Positions 10,121 to 20,000 of a DNA stretch of 20,000 nt are shown here, in pieces. Source of the DNA: Moniliella sp. 'wahieum'. Lineage: Eukaryota. Location of the stretch: NCBI GenBank assembly GCA_003971905.1, contig RSEE01000037.1, positions 608,500-628,499 of the forward strand, written 5' to 3'. The translations under genes and the position numbers were made by a program. Position 1 is the stretch's first letter, and each line of letters begins with the position of its first letter. Below the pieces are notes generated by a model. It saw only the letters and a list, made by a program, of their open reading frames with translations. It made no database searches and was not told the DNA's origin.

Positions 10121-10405
10121 TATGCGGGGGAAGTGCTGTAGCTGCTGAACCGTTGGAGGTACGGCCAAGTGGTATTAGAACGAAGTGGGAGGGGGGTGGG
10201 AAGGAGGTGTGGGCGGAGTGGGGGCGCGGGGGGAACACTTGCCGGGCATGGGCGGGGGTCAAAGATGGGGGGTAGAATGGGGTGTAGCGCCGCAACGGTG
10301 GCCGATGGGGGCGGGGTGTATTAGTACGGGGGGGAGCCCTGCCGATGGAGGGTGGGTGTGCAAAAGGAGGGCGGGAGGGGGGCACGTACCAAAGAGGGGG
10401 GGGGC

Positions 10406-10410
10406 AAAAA
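10406..10410 (-). terminator. Pol III oligo-T terminator of 5S
   Basis: TTTTT one base after the 5S 3' end (…GCCGCGGTT-C-TTTTT). Confidence 0.85.
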
Positions 10411-10411
10411 G

Positions 10412-10529
10412 AACCGCGGCACCGAGGATTCCCACGTGGTCCCCCACCGTAGTACTGACTGGGCGATACTGTGGTTAACTTCGCAGATCGGACGGGATGC
10501 GGTGCTTTCACAGTTCTATGGCCGCGGAT
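10412..10529 (-). rRNA. 5S rRNA: 5S rRNA (118 nt), same strand as the 35S unit
   Basis: ATCCGCGGCCATAGAACTGTGAAAGCACCGCATCCCGTCCGATCTGCGAAGTTAACC...AGTACTACGGTGGGGGACCACGTGGGAATCCTCGGTGCCGCGGTT. Terminal helix CCGCGGC/GCCGCGG pairs. Confidence 0.97.
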
Positions 10530-10959
10530 ACACAGGGTGTTTGGAGGGGGGGTATGGGGGGGCGTATATTACAAGGGTGTCCGACCGGTCCAGATTTAGG
10601 GGCGGGTTTTTGAAACTGCTATTTTTGATGTTTCTGATGGCCGGAGCGCGTGCGGCGGCACTGTACGAGTCTAACGGTACCATTGGCTCACCACCACCAC
10701 CACTGGTTGGCGCACCACACCCAAAAATGTGTCATAGGAGGGGGTCACCCGAGGTACTCCGCCCACTTGGTTTTTTTTATCGATAACGTGGACGACCTCT
10801 ACCCATTATGAAACGCGCGTGCTTCGTAGCTTTCGACTGATCTAGGTTGCAGCGCAAGCCGGCGCGAATTCGCAAACATACACTGTTTTGAACAGGGTCA
10901 ACCCCGGGGGGCATGACATATATATGCCGGTTAAGGTGACCCCGCATTGGGATTACGTC

Positions 10960-11180
10960 TTCAACGTTCAACGTTCAACATTCAATATTCAACGTTCAAC
11001 GTTCAACGTTCAACGTTCAACCGGTCAACCGTTCAACAGTTCAACCGTTCAAGGTTGAACGTTGAAGTTCAACCGCTCGACGTTCAACCGCTCAGCCTTG
11101 AGGTCAAGCTTGCGGCCCCTGAGGCTCAAGCTCAAGCTCAACGGTCAACGTTCAACGTTCAACGTTCAACGTGTTCAACC
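10960..11180. repeat. Heptamer tandem array (TTCAACG)n, imperfect, partly inverted
   Basis: ttcaacgttcaacgttcaac runs at 10960-11020 and 11145-11171, with variant and inverted (ttgaacgttgaa) units between. Confidence 0.92.
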
Positions 11181-11901
11181 CAGGCCGTCGGCCCGGTGGT
11201 CCTCTCGCTGGTTGACAAGTTAGAAGTTACGACGTGCGCTTGAGCTATTCTAACCATGGAACAAGCGGTGGCTCGGGCCGCTGCTCGCGCAGCCCCTCGA
11301 TAGCCACCTTCCGAGGCGCTTCCTGGGGCAGTACCGACGACCTGCCATACATCTGCTACGACTCTGCCGCGCCCGTGCTCATGCAACCCCCCGGCACCCA
11401 TAGTGTACCATCGCTATCAGCTTGGCTGTTACTGTTGTGGGATCATGAGTTGCAGTGCAAGCGCGTGGTGGGTGGAGAGGTCCAGGAGGTCTGGGGATGG
11501 TGCTGGCGCATGCAGATGGCCAGGTGGACACCCATCCCGCACGCAGATTGACCAGATGTTGATCCATTCATCAGTCCCATCAATGCCTCAGTCCAGCAGG
11601 CCACGAGAAGGAGGCGGCGGGGGGCGGGGGGCGTGCGAGGTGGTGGCGGGGGCAGTTGGGCCTGCAGGCACGTCCGCTGAGCGTTGAGCGCTGGCCGAGC
11701 TCTCCTACACTGGCATCTGGCGGGTGTGCAGCGTGGCGGCGTTGCCGTTGTGAACGGCAGCAAACAAGGGCAGCGGGCGTAGCGGCGGTGCTCTGCGATG
11801 CGGCAGGCGTTGTGGCCCCAGTCCATGTCAGGCACAGTGCAAGCCGCATGGCCCGTGCACTTGGTGTGCCAATGCGACCTGTGATTCGCATTGGGTGCTG
11901 C

Positions 11902-11957
11902 CCTGAGGCGCCTGAGGCCTGAGGCCTGAGGCCTGACCGGTGACCTGAGGCCTGAGG
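11902..11957. repeat. Heptamer tandem array (CCTGAGG)n
   Basis: Six perfect cctgagg at 11902, 11911, 11918, 11925, 11944 and 11951, plus one variant. Confidence 0.9.
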
Positions 11958-13876
11958 CGTTGAAGACGTCGAAGCTTGAGGCGCTATCATGCATGTCATG
12001 CATCATGCACATGCAAGTGCAGGCAGGACCGCACCAGCACTGAGGCACAGCCGGTGCGGCACCAGCCACCAGCGCTGAGGTGTTGAAGTACTATCATGCA
12101 GGTGCAGGCGGTACGACACCAAAGCTGGGGCGCAGGCAGTGGGAGCACTCGCACGCAGGTGCAGTGGCTGCACCACCGCTGAGGCCGAGGCCCGGCGGTC
12201 GGAGCACTGGACCGCGGGCGTATCGATCATCGCCGAGGAGTCACCGAGCCACACCGATGACCGAGGACGTCGATCATCGAATCATCAATAGAATGACATA
12301 CAATGATGTAATGAGTACTGACATGGTACTGACAAGTGACGCGTGATGAGTGACTGGAGACTGGCTTGGACATGCGTGGTACTGCGGTGGCTGGTGCGCT
12401 GGTGGCGCGTGACGCGTGACAGGTGACAGGTGCCGCGGTGCGGTGATGCAGCGCATGGGGCATGCAGCATGCGCGATTTGACATGCGACATGACATGGAC
12501 ATGTGCCCTAGACATATGTTGTCAGCATCATTGGTGATTTTCAATTTGAAATCGGCCCCCACCTTGTTTGAAAAACCACTAGGTGAAAACCAGCGAGCCC
12601 GGTTGGTGAAAATTGTACAAGCTCTGGGCCGGGCCGGCGGGCCGACAGGCCCTGGCCTAGACATATTTTCCGGAATGGATGGAAGATTCCGCTCCTGGAT
12701 TGAGTGCCAGAGGAACAAAAAGTACCTGGGTACCCTCCGTGCCGTCTACGTGGAAGGATTTGGGTAGATTGATTCCTCTGGCCGGCCGTCCAAGCCTGTC
12801 AGGGGGCGTCACCCACCCCCCACGCCCCCGGGTGACGAGGGCGGCGGCCACGCGCGTCCCCCTCGCCAGTGGCGTTGCAAATACCAGTGGCGTTTTAATT
12901 ACGTGTGGCGCATCACTTGCACCCCCCGCTGCAGCCGCGCCACCACTCTCACCACCATGTTGAGCGCCGCCACCACCACCATACCATGCCCAGCGCCGCC
13001 ATCGTCCTCTCCGCCCCATCGCGCGCTGGCGCTCATGCAGCCTAGACGTATGTTCAAAGATTCAATAGTCCCCTGGCGCATAACAATCGAGGCAGAGGTT
13101 ATCGCCACCGGCTAGCCCGTATGCGATACCTCAATAGTCCTGAGGCCTATGACCTATGACGTAGTCACGGCCGGGCCCGCCGGCCAGCCCGGTGACCGCC
13201 CAACGGTGACCGCCGCCTGCGAGATGTTGGCCGACGGCCTAGACATATTCCCAACTCCCGAGGGATGTCACGGGACTGGCTGGATGTCACGAGATCCCTG
13301 TGATACATCTAGATGTACTGGAGGGATCCCACCTGATATCCGAGGGTATTTTTGGCCTTGCCGTCATGACCCCCGGCGCACCCGGTGACCGCCCACCGGT
13401 GACCAGCATTAATTAAATAGCAACGCCGCCGCCCGCCGCCGCCACCACCCGCCACCACCACCCGGAAGGCCGTCGCCACCACCTACCACCACCACCCAAC
13501 GCAAAAATATTTTTTTTCAGCACACCTCCTGATCTACCTGGCAGACACCATATTCGGTGTCGTTTGGGGGGTGCCCAACATTTTTCTTTGAACGTGTTGT
13601 ATTCGGCCCAGAGGGGGTGTCATGTTTTGGTGGCAGGGGGATCGGAAGGGCACCCTCTGGACTGGGGTGTGTGAAATCTGAGGTCAAACGGACCGTGCAC
13701 GGCCGAGATACGACGGATGGGGTGGGTCGGGGTGGTAGGGTTAGGGATGGGTGGGTGTAACTTTTGAACGGGTGGCCCAATCGAAAAACGGAGGCCATAT
13801 GCTGCATAGAGCGGACGATTTTATGCGAGCTATCGCCTCGGCATAACTCCCTCCCTTCGGGTAGCGAGCTATCTAC

Positions 13877-14934
13877 CCTAGTCAGATATTCACGTGAAGG
13901 ACTGCATAACTCCGTCGATTTTCTCTATGAAATGACGTTTTTCGTCTCAGAATTGCAGAGGTTGCAAAATGTCAGGCACCACAGTGTGTAAGTGCGAAAA
14001 TGTGGCGCCTGACAGATGGTGACCTCTGACAGTTTGGCGCGGGGCCTGTGTCCTGGAATGCAGAGTTTACGCTGGCCCGTCTGAAACGTGCGGAGGGCGA
14101 AGGGAGGTGCCTGACGGTTGGTGACCTCTGACAGTTTGGGTGCGGGGCCAGTGTCCTGGCGGTGCCAGCTCGAAATGATCGGCATGGGGCTACTTACTAA
14201 TGAGCCCGCATGTGCCGCCCGCTAACACGGCATGTGCCATGTGACATGTGACACCGCTAACGCCGCATGCGGCAACGGATGTGACAGGGTCCGGGGCGGG
14301 GAATGTTCCGTGCGGGGTGGAGCCAGAGTGCAACCGCGGTGGCATGACCGGGATGGGGCATTGCATGTACGTGTGAGGTGGGTTACAATGGGTGTGTGAC
14401 ATGCGACGCCCTGGGGACGCCGCGGTTTGGTGACGATGGTACGCCCGACAGGCGACCGCATCCACGTGCGTTACCGGGAGCGTTGAATGTTGAACGCCGG
14501 GGCTGGCCTGGAGCTGCAAAAGCGTGACGCGCAATGCTTGCAGCTGCTGCCAAGATGCCGCGTGCCGGAGCGGGGGGGGCGGCCTCCTGCGGAGGAGGAC
14601 GCAGTGGCGCAGGGTGTGCGCTCAGGTACATCGTTGCAGCGCGCTCCCGCACGTCCCTCAGGCCCAGCGCTCAGTCTGAGCTGCCAGTGCTTAACGCCCA
14701 GCGCCCAGGCCTCAGGCCTTCAACGTTCAGGCCTTCGGTCCAGCTCGGTTGGGATTCACTGCAAAAGCGCGGCCCTGCTGTACTGCCGGGTGGGCCTGGG
14801 GTGCAAATGCCAACTGTGTTTCGATGCATGCTGCAGATCAGGACAGTGCACACCAGTGCGCTGAGCTTGCCCTGAGCAAATATAGCCGGCCCTCCAACGC
14901 TGCTTGCGCCGTGTCCAGTCCCGACTCTGGCCTG
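13877..14934. repeat. 1.05-kb direct repeat, copy 1
   Basis: Near-identical to 16876-17911, from cctagtcagatattcacgtgaagg to gtccagtcccgactct.gcctg. Internal subrepeat ggtgacctctgacagtttgg at 14018 and 14120. Confidence 0.95.
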
Positions 14935-15459
14935 TGGCCATCCGACCGCTGTCCACCGCTGTGCGCGCTGCCGGCGCAGCGCATCTGATGTTGGTGTGCG
15001 CAAACCATTAATCCAGCGCGCCGCCACGCCACCACCACCGCCCCGCAACCCCAGCCACATCCACCACCACCACCACCCATGTCACCATGCATGGCCGTCT
15101 CGTGGTGAGCATCGTCCATATCCGTGCTTCATTTGGCGCTAGCACACCTCTATGCGCGTTGCCCCTGATCGTGAGGCAGATGGAGGATCTGATGCATGCC
15201 TCCAACAGTGCTTGCTTACCGTTGGTAGCATGCCAAATGTGAGCCAGAACGGATGAGAGACGGCTGAGATATCGCCATTTTGGTCCCGCCGGCATACGCC
15301 ACCATCTCATCCCAGCATGCATCGATCCCAGCCGCTCCCGCTCAGGTGCACGCCTCATCAAGCCTCCCGCTGCAGCGTACTCCCTCGCCTTCCACCAGGG
15401 CAGGCCTACATCGACTACCATCTGCATCTGTCCTCCAGCTGAAGCGATGGTGCACAGCA

Positions 15460-15960
15460 GGTCCAAACACGGGCAGGTGGGTGTTGATGGCGCCGCCGCT
15501 CCACCAGTTGTCGTCGGATGTCAGAGATCGTCGCGCCCCATCGTGCACTACAAGCAGGGCTTCCAGGGAGGTAAGGCGCTCCAGGATTGGTCCAGCATTG
15601 AGGTCAAACACGCCCAACATCTGATGTTAGCTTGATTCGGATGAGGGTCTATGTTGACGGTGCCGGCACAGCACCAATCCTCATCAAACAATAGATTGCA
15701 TACATGCACATCTTGCATCAGAAGCAGGGCTTCCATGGGAGGTCAGGGGCACGCAGATTGGGCCCGGATTGGGGTCACACCACATGTGAACATCAGAGGT
15801 TAGGTCCAAACAGCGGATGGTCGATGTTGATGCTGGCGGCGTTCAACCAATTCTGGACGAATCAGAGATCTGTCAACGGTGTAGCGTAGCCCAGAATCAA
15901 GGCTTTCAAGAATGATGATGCGCTTTTGATTCGGTCCAGGATTGAGGTTACACCACATCC
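15460..15960 (-). pseudogene. Decayed gene with three ~57-aa (171-bp) tandem repeats
   Basis: DNA anchors recur at 170-173 bp (aagcagggcttcca at 15552 and 15722; ttg.ggt.a.ac at 15598, 15769 and 15942). Minus-strand translations align with each other but have frameshifts and two TGA stops. Confidence 0.6.
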
Positions 15961-16875
15961 AATTACCTCAGGTGCGGTCCCGACGGCGCACGGTCCCAAC
16001 AAACAGCGTCGGTGCCCCACCAATTTGGGACGAGTCAGAGCACGAGTGGTGGCGTAGCGTGCCCCAGGTAGTCCTCTTTCAGACGCGCACGCGTGGGGCG
16101 CAAGACGATGCACCGCGATGGAGAACGGGCGTGTGGCGGTGGATGCGTTGGTGGTGGTGGCGGCTTGGTCGATTTGGTGGCGGCCGAGCCAATCTGACCG
16201 CGCAGGCTGCGCGTGCATCGGTGCAATTGCAAATGTTAATATTTTCAGCCAGCGGCGGATGAATGCACGGGCCAGGCGACGGATCTGGTTGGTTTCTTAC
16301 CACGCCCCCCCCCCCAACCCGGCTGGCTTTGCCCGCCCCCCAAGGTCTGTCCTCGTTTAACCCCTCGTTCTGAGCCTCCAATCTTCCTTCACGCTTCCCG
16401 CGCCTCATCTGCCACCCCCCCAGGCCTCCGCTGACCCACACGCTTCTGTCGTCTGCCCAGCTTCTGTGTCTCTGCAGCCACCTCCCACCCGTCCCGGCCG
16501 GCTTTCTCACGTCCCCCTGCCTCCCCACCCGCCCCAGCGCCGCGCTCCCCTCACTCCCACGCCCAGGCCATCCCCACCATTGACTCGGCCACCATCACTA
16601 TTCATTCGGCCATCGCCACCGTCGGGCCGGCCAAGCGGAAGCAGGGAATGGTGCAGGGGATGGTGCATGGCGTTGTGCATGCTTGCTGGCCTCGGTCTGG
16701 CGTCCTGGCCGTCCAAGGTCACCGTCTCGGCTTGCTGCCACCGCTGCCGCGCCTTGAGTGGGCCGTCTGGACGCTTGGCTTGGCCATCTGGAAGCTCGTT
16801 CGCCCATGTACCCACTTGCCTCGCACCCGTCCCAGCAACGTGCAGCTTGCCATGCCGTCCCCGTCCGACGCTCTG

Positions 16876-17911
16876 CCTAGTCAGATATTCACGTGAAGGA
16901 CTGCATAACTCCGTCGATTTTCTCTATGAAAATGACGTTTTTCGTCTCAGATTGCAGAGGTTTCAAATGTCAGGCACCACAGTGTAAGTGCGAAAATGTG
17001 CGCCTGACAGATGGTGACCTCTGACAGTTTGGGCGCGGGGCCTGTGTGCTGGAATGCAGAGTTTACGCTGGCCCTCTGAAACGTGCGGAGGGCGAAGGGA
17101 GGTGCCTGACGGTTGGTGACCTCTGACAGTTTGGGTGCGGGGCCAGTGTCCTGGCGGTGCCAGCTCGAAATGATCGGCATGGGGGCTACTTACTAATGAG
17201 CCCGCATGTGCCATGTGACATGTGACACACGCTAAAGCCGCATGCGGCAACGGATGTGACAGGGTCCGGGGCGGGGAATGTTCCGTGCGGGGTGGAGCCA
17301 GAGTGCAACCGCGGTGGCATGACCGGGATGGGGCATTGCATGTACGTGTGAGGGTGGGTTACAATGGGTGTGTGACATGCGACGCGCTGTGGACGCCGCG
17401 GTTTGGTGACGATGGTACGCCCGACAGGCGACCGCATCCACGTGCGTTACCGGGAGCGTTGAATGTTGAACGCCGGGGCTGGCCTGGAGCTGCAAAAGCG
17501 TGACGTGCCAATGCTTGCAGCTGCTGCCAAGATGCCGCGTGCCGGAGCGGGGGGGGCGGCCTCCTGCGGAGGAGGACGCAGTGGCGCAGGGTGTGCGCTC
17601 AGGTACATCGTTGGCAGCGCGCTCCCGCACGTCCCTCAGGCCCAGCGCTCAGTCTGAGCTGCCAGTGCTTAACGCCCAGCGCCCAGGCCTCAGGCCTTCA
17701 ACGTTCAGGCCTTCGGTCCAGCTCGGTTGGGATTCACTGCAAAAGTGCGGCCCTGCTGTACTGCCGGTGGGCCTGGGGTGCAAATGCCAACTGTGTTTCG
17801 ATGCATGCTGCAGATCAGGACAGTGCACACCAGTGCGCTGAGCTTGCCCTGAGCAAATATAGCCGGCCCTCCAACGCTGCTTGCGCCGTGTCCAGTCCCG
17901 ACTCTTGCCTG
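16876..17911. repeat. 1.05-kb direct repeat, copy 2
   Basis: As copy 1, but lacks 22 bp between two gcatgtgcc motifs and has scattered 1-bp indels. Confidence 0.95.
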
Positions 17912-18959
17912 GGTGGTGCCTGGGCGAGCGCCCAGTTGGGGATCGGCAACGACAGTAGGCCCGTTCCTGGCCAATGCAATCACTAGTGTCATAGTGGCAA
18001 CTCATGGCGGCAGCCACGGTCCCTGTCTCGATACTATGCTTGCGTTCTGTGTCAATTTGCGTCGCATCCTGTTTCTTCCGCCTCCACCCGGATACTTGTC
18101 TTTGCTCCAGCACTTGTTTTTTCGTCCTCCTCCGGTGTCAAGGCGTTCGACATGCGCCATCTGCTATGGCCTTTGCAGAGGCTAGTCTGTCTCTTCCACC
18201 TTGCCGTTAGGCCTGTGTTTGCGGGGGGGGGGGTGCTTTGGGTCCCACGGGAGCGAAAGCCGCTCATCTTTGTTTCTCCCACCACCTGATGAGCCAGCGT
18301 GCTGTTTATCCCCCGTGCCTGGTTCTTCCCCTGGAGCGGCGAGGGCGTCAGCCACTGCATCCGCCAATCTTTCGTCTGTGATTCTCTCCTTCTGACTCTC
18401 ATTGGGTGTCGCGCTGGCCGTTGGGTCAGGTGCTGCCGGGTTTGATTTATGGCCCAGCTCGATGGTGTCGCCAGGGTGTGCGCCGTGCCACTAGGCTGGA
18501 ACATGCGACTTGTTTATGTTGTGGCTCGGGTGGACACGGCGATCAGGGCAAAACGAGATGGTCATTGGATCTACGTACGAGACCCCATTGTGGATGGCAG
18601 AAGAGGGAGGGCAGATTACGGGTGGGGGGCAGGGGGGTTGGTTCGACCTGGGTGGGGTCATGGATCATCAGACTGGCGCCTGAACCGTGTCTGATTCTGG
18701 TCCGGGCCTGACCAGCGGACTCGGGCTGGCTCGAGCTGGGGTAGGATGTGAACACGACTGAGGTGTGGATTTGCTCGAGGGCGCTCAGCGGTCTTGGTTT
18801 GTGTTTGCAGTCGCTGGCAGGGGCAGAGCCAGAGCTGGAACCCTGATGCGCCGAGCCGTCCCAGGTTTTACCTGCATAACGATCTGTGTCAGACCAGGAA
18901 GGTGTGCTGCCACCACACGGGCGTGAAAGATGTGTTGGGGTGCAGTGTGTGGATCCGAC

Positions 18960-19125
18960 CCATGTTCCACATCAAGCAGGGCACACTGCGGTGAGCTTTC
19001 GTTGCGGAAACAGCGGGCCCTCGAACGCTGCTGGCACCGTGGCCAGTGCCGAGTCTGGGCTGGGTGGTGCCTGGGCCAGGCGCTCATTGGGGATCGGCAA
19101 CGACGGTGGTGCGTTCCTGGGCGGG
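18960..19125 (-). repeat. Diverged paralogous segment of about 17805-17972
   Basis: Shares ctgggtggtgcctgggc, ttggggatcggcaacgac and ggccctc.aacgctgct. Minus-strand peptides SLPIPNERLAQAPPSPDSALATVPAAFEG vs SLPIPNWALAQAPPRQESGLDTAQAALEG. Confidence 0.75.
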
Positions 19126-19769
19126 CCAGGCGGGGCGATGGGTGCAGGGGGTAACGACGGTGGTGGTCAACAGAGACAAGGGGCGCCAGGATACAGGCCA
19201 AGCGCACCGCGGCAGGCCGGCGGAAAGAAATCATCCACCCGCGGGAGCGGTGAGGCGAGCGGTGAGCGTGTGGGTTGGGATGGGTGATGGGTGCCATGTG
19301 CCGGGGGCCGTGCGCAGCGGTGCCGCTCGTGCCTGTTGGTCTGCCTGACCACCATCGTCCCTGGCATGCGCTCGCGCCTGCTGGCGGCGTGGGCGCCGCA
19401 CCTGAGCCTCGCCGCTGGCTGCCCGGGACCGCACCTGAGCCTCGCCGCTGCCCGGCACCTTCCCGCAGGGGGGACGCACCAGCCGGCATGGGCGCCAGCT
19501 GGCCTGGGGGTCTGCCCCAGCCAGCAAGCCCACTCTTTAACCCACGCATCCTTGCCCTGTCCCCCCCCCCCCCCTTCCCCCCCCCTTCCCCCGCCCCTTC
19601 CCCCGCCCCCCCCACCCATCGCACTGTGCTTCACGCCCAACCGCATCCCACCATGTCCACTTCTCCCATCCCCGCCCACAATCCCCGCGGCAATCCTGCC
19701 CATTCACCACGCGCCCCGTCCCCGATGCCTTCGACGCCTCCTGCCCGTCCGGCCGCTACTCCGCCGTCT

Positions 19770-19995
19770 GCTCAGCCCGCTCGGGCTGGTTCGCAGTCTC
19801 CCCCCGCCGAGCCTCGCTCCTGCCCTACGCTCAGGCTGCTCGGCTGGTTCGCAGTCTCCCCCCCGCCGGGCCTCGCTCCTGCCGCCAATTCTCAGGCTGC
19901 TCGGGCTGGTTCGCAGTCTCCCCCGCCGGGCCTCGCTCATCCTGCCCCTGCTGAGGCTGCTCCGCCTGGTCCGGTAGGTCCCCCCCCGGCCGTCC
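19770..19995. repeat. About 3.5 tandem 60-bp repeats, possibly coding on the minus strand
   Basis: ggctggttcgcagtctccccc...gcctcgctc recurs at about 19784, 19843 and 19904, with a diverged fourth unit. Confidence 0.85.
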
Positions 19996-20000
19996 CTGAT

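Larger units (their letters stand above)
6068..10405 (-). other. 5' ETS plus IGS2
   Basis: Non-coding, subrepeat-rich interval between the 5S terminator and the 18S 5' end, as in linked 5S-35S fungal rDNA. Confidence 0.85.

Noticed and set aside
10947..11243. ORF with QRSTFNV repeats
   Set aside because: Direct translation of the TTCAACG heptamer array.
13736..13746. Telomeric TTAGGG repeat
   Set aside because: Only one full copy in G-rich sequence.
13877..17911. LTR retrotransposon
   Set aside because: No TG..CA termini on either strand, no polypurine tract and no gag/pol remnants in the interior.

Overview
Eukaryotic (fungal) window holding one minus-strand rDNA unit: 5S (10412-10529), IGS2/5'ETS with three classes of subrepeats, 18S (4251-6067), very short ITS1, 5.8S, very short ITS2, and a 28S that breaks off at about 1583. 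The 118-nt 5S and the 5.8S signatures point to a basidiomycete, possibly a fast-evolving Ustilaginomycotina lineage (inference). The 28S break lies inside the motif targeted by R1 retrotransposons, about 65 nt past an intact R2 site. It is followed by foreign sequence with a cUUCGg hairpin, then a decayed 5S plus IGS copy. No further rDNA follows on the right, so both array junctions, or an orphan unit, seem to be captured. The 18S has several indels in universally conserved helices. The right flank has heptamer arrays bounded by a 12-bp inverted repeat, and two 1.05-kb direct repeats around a decayed gene with three ~57-aa repeats. No intact, recognisable protein-coding gene was found; most listed ORFs are artefacts of rRNA or GC-rich repeats.
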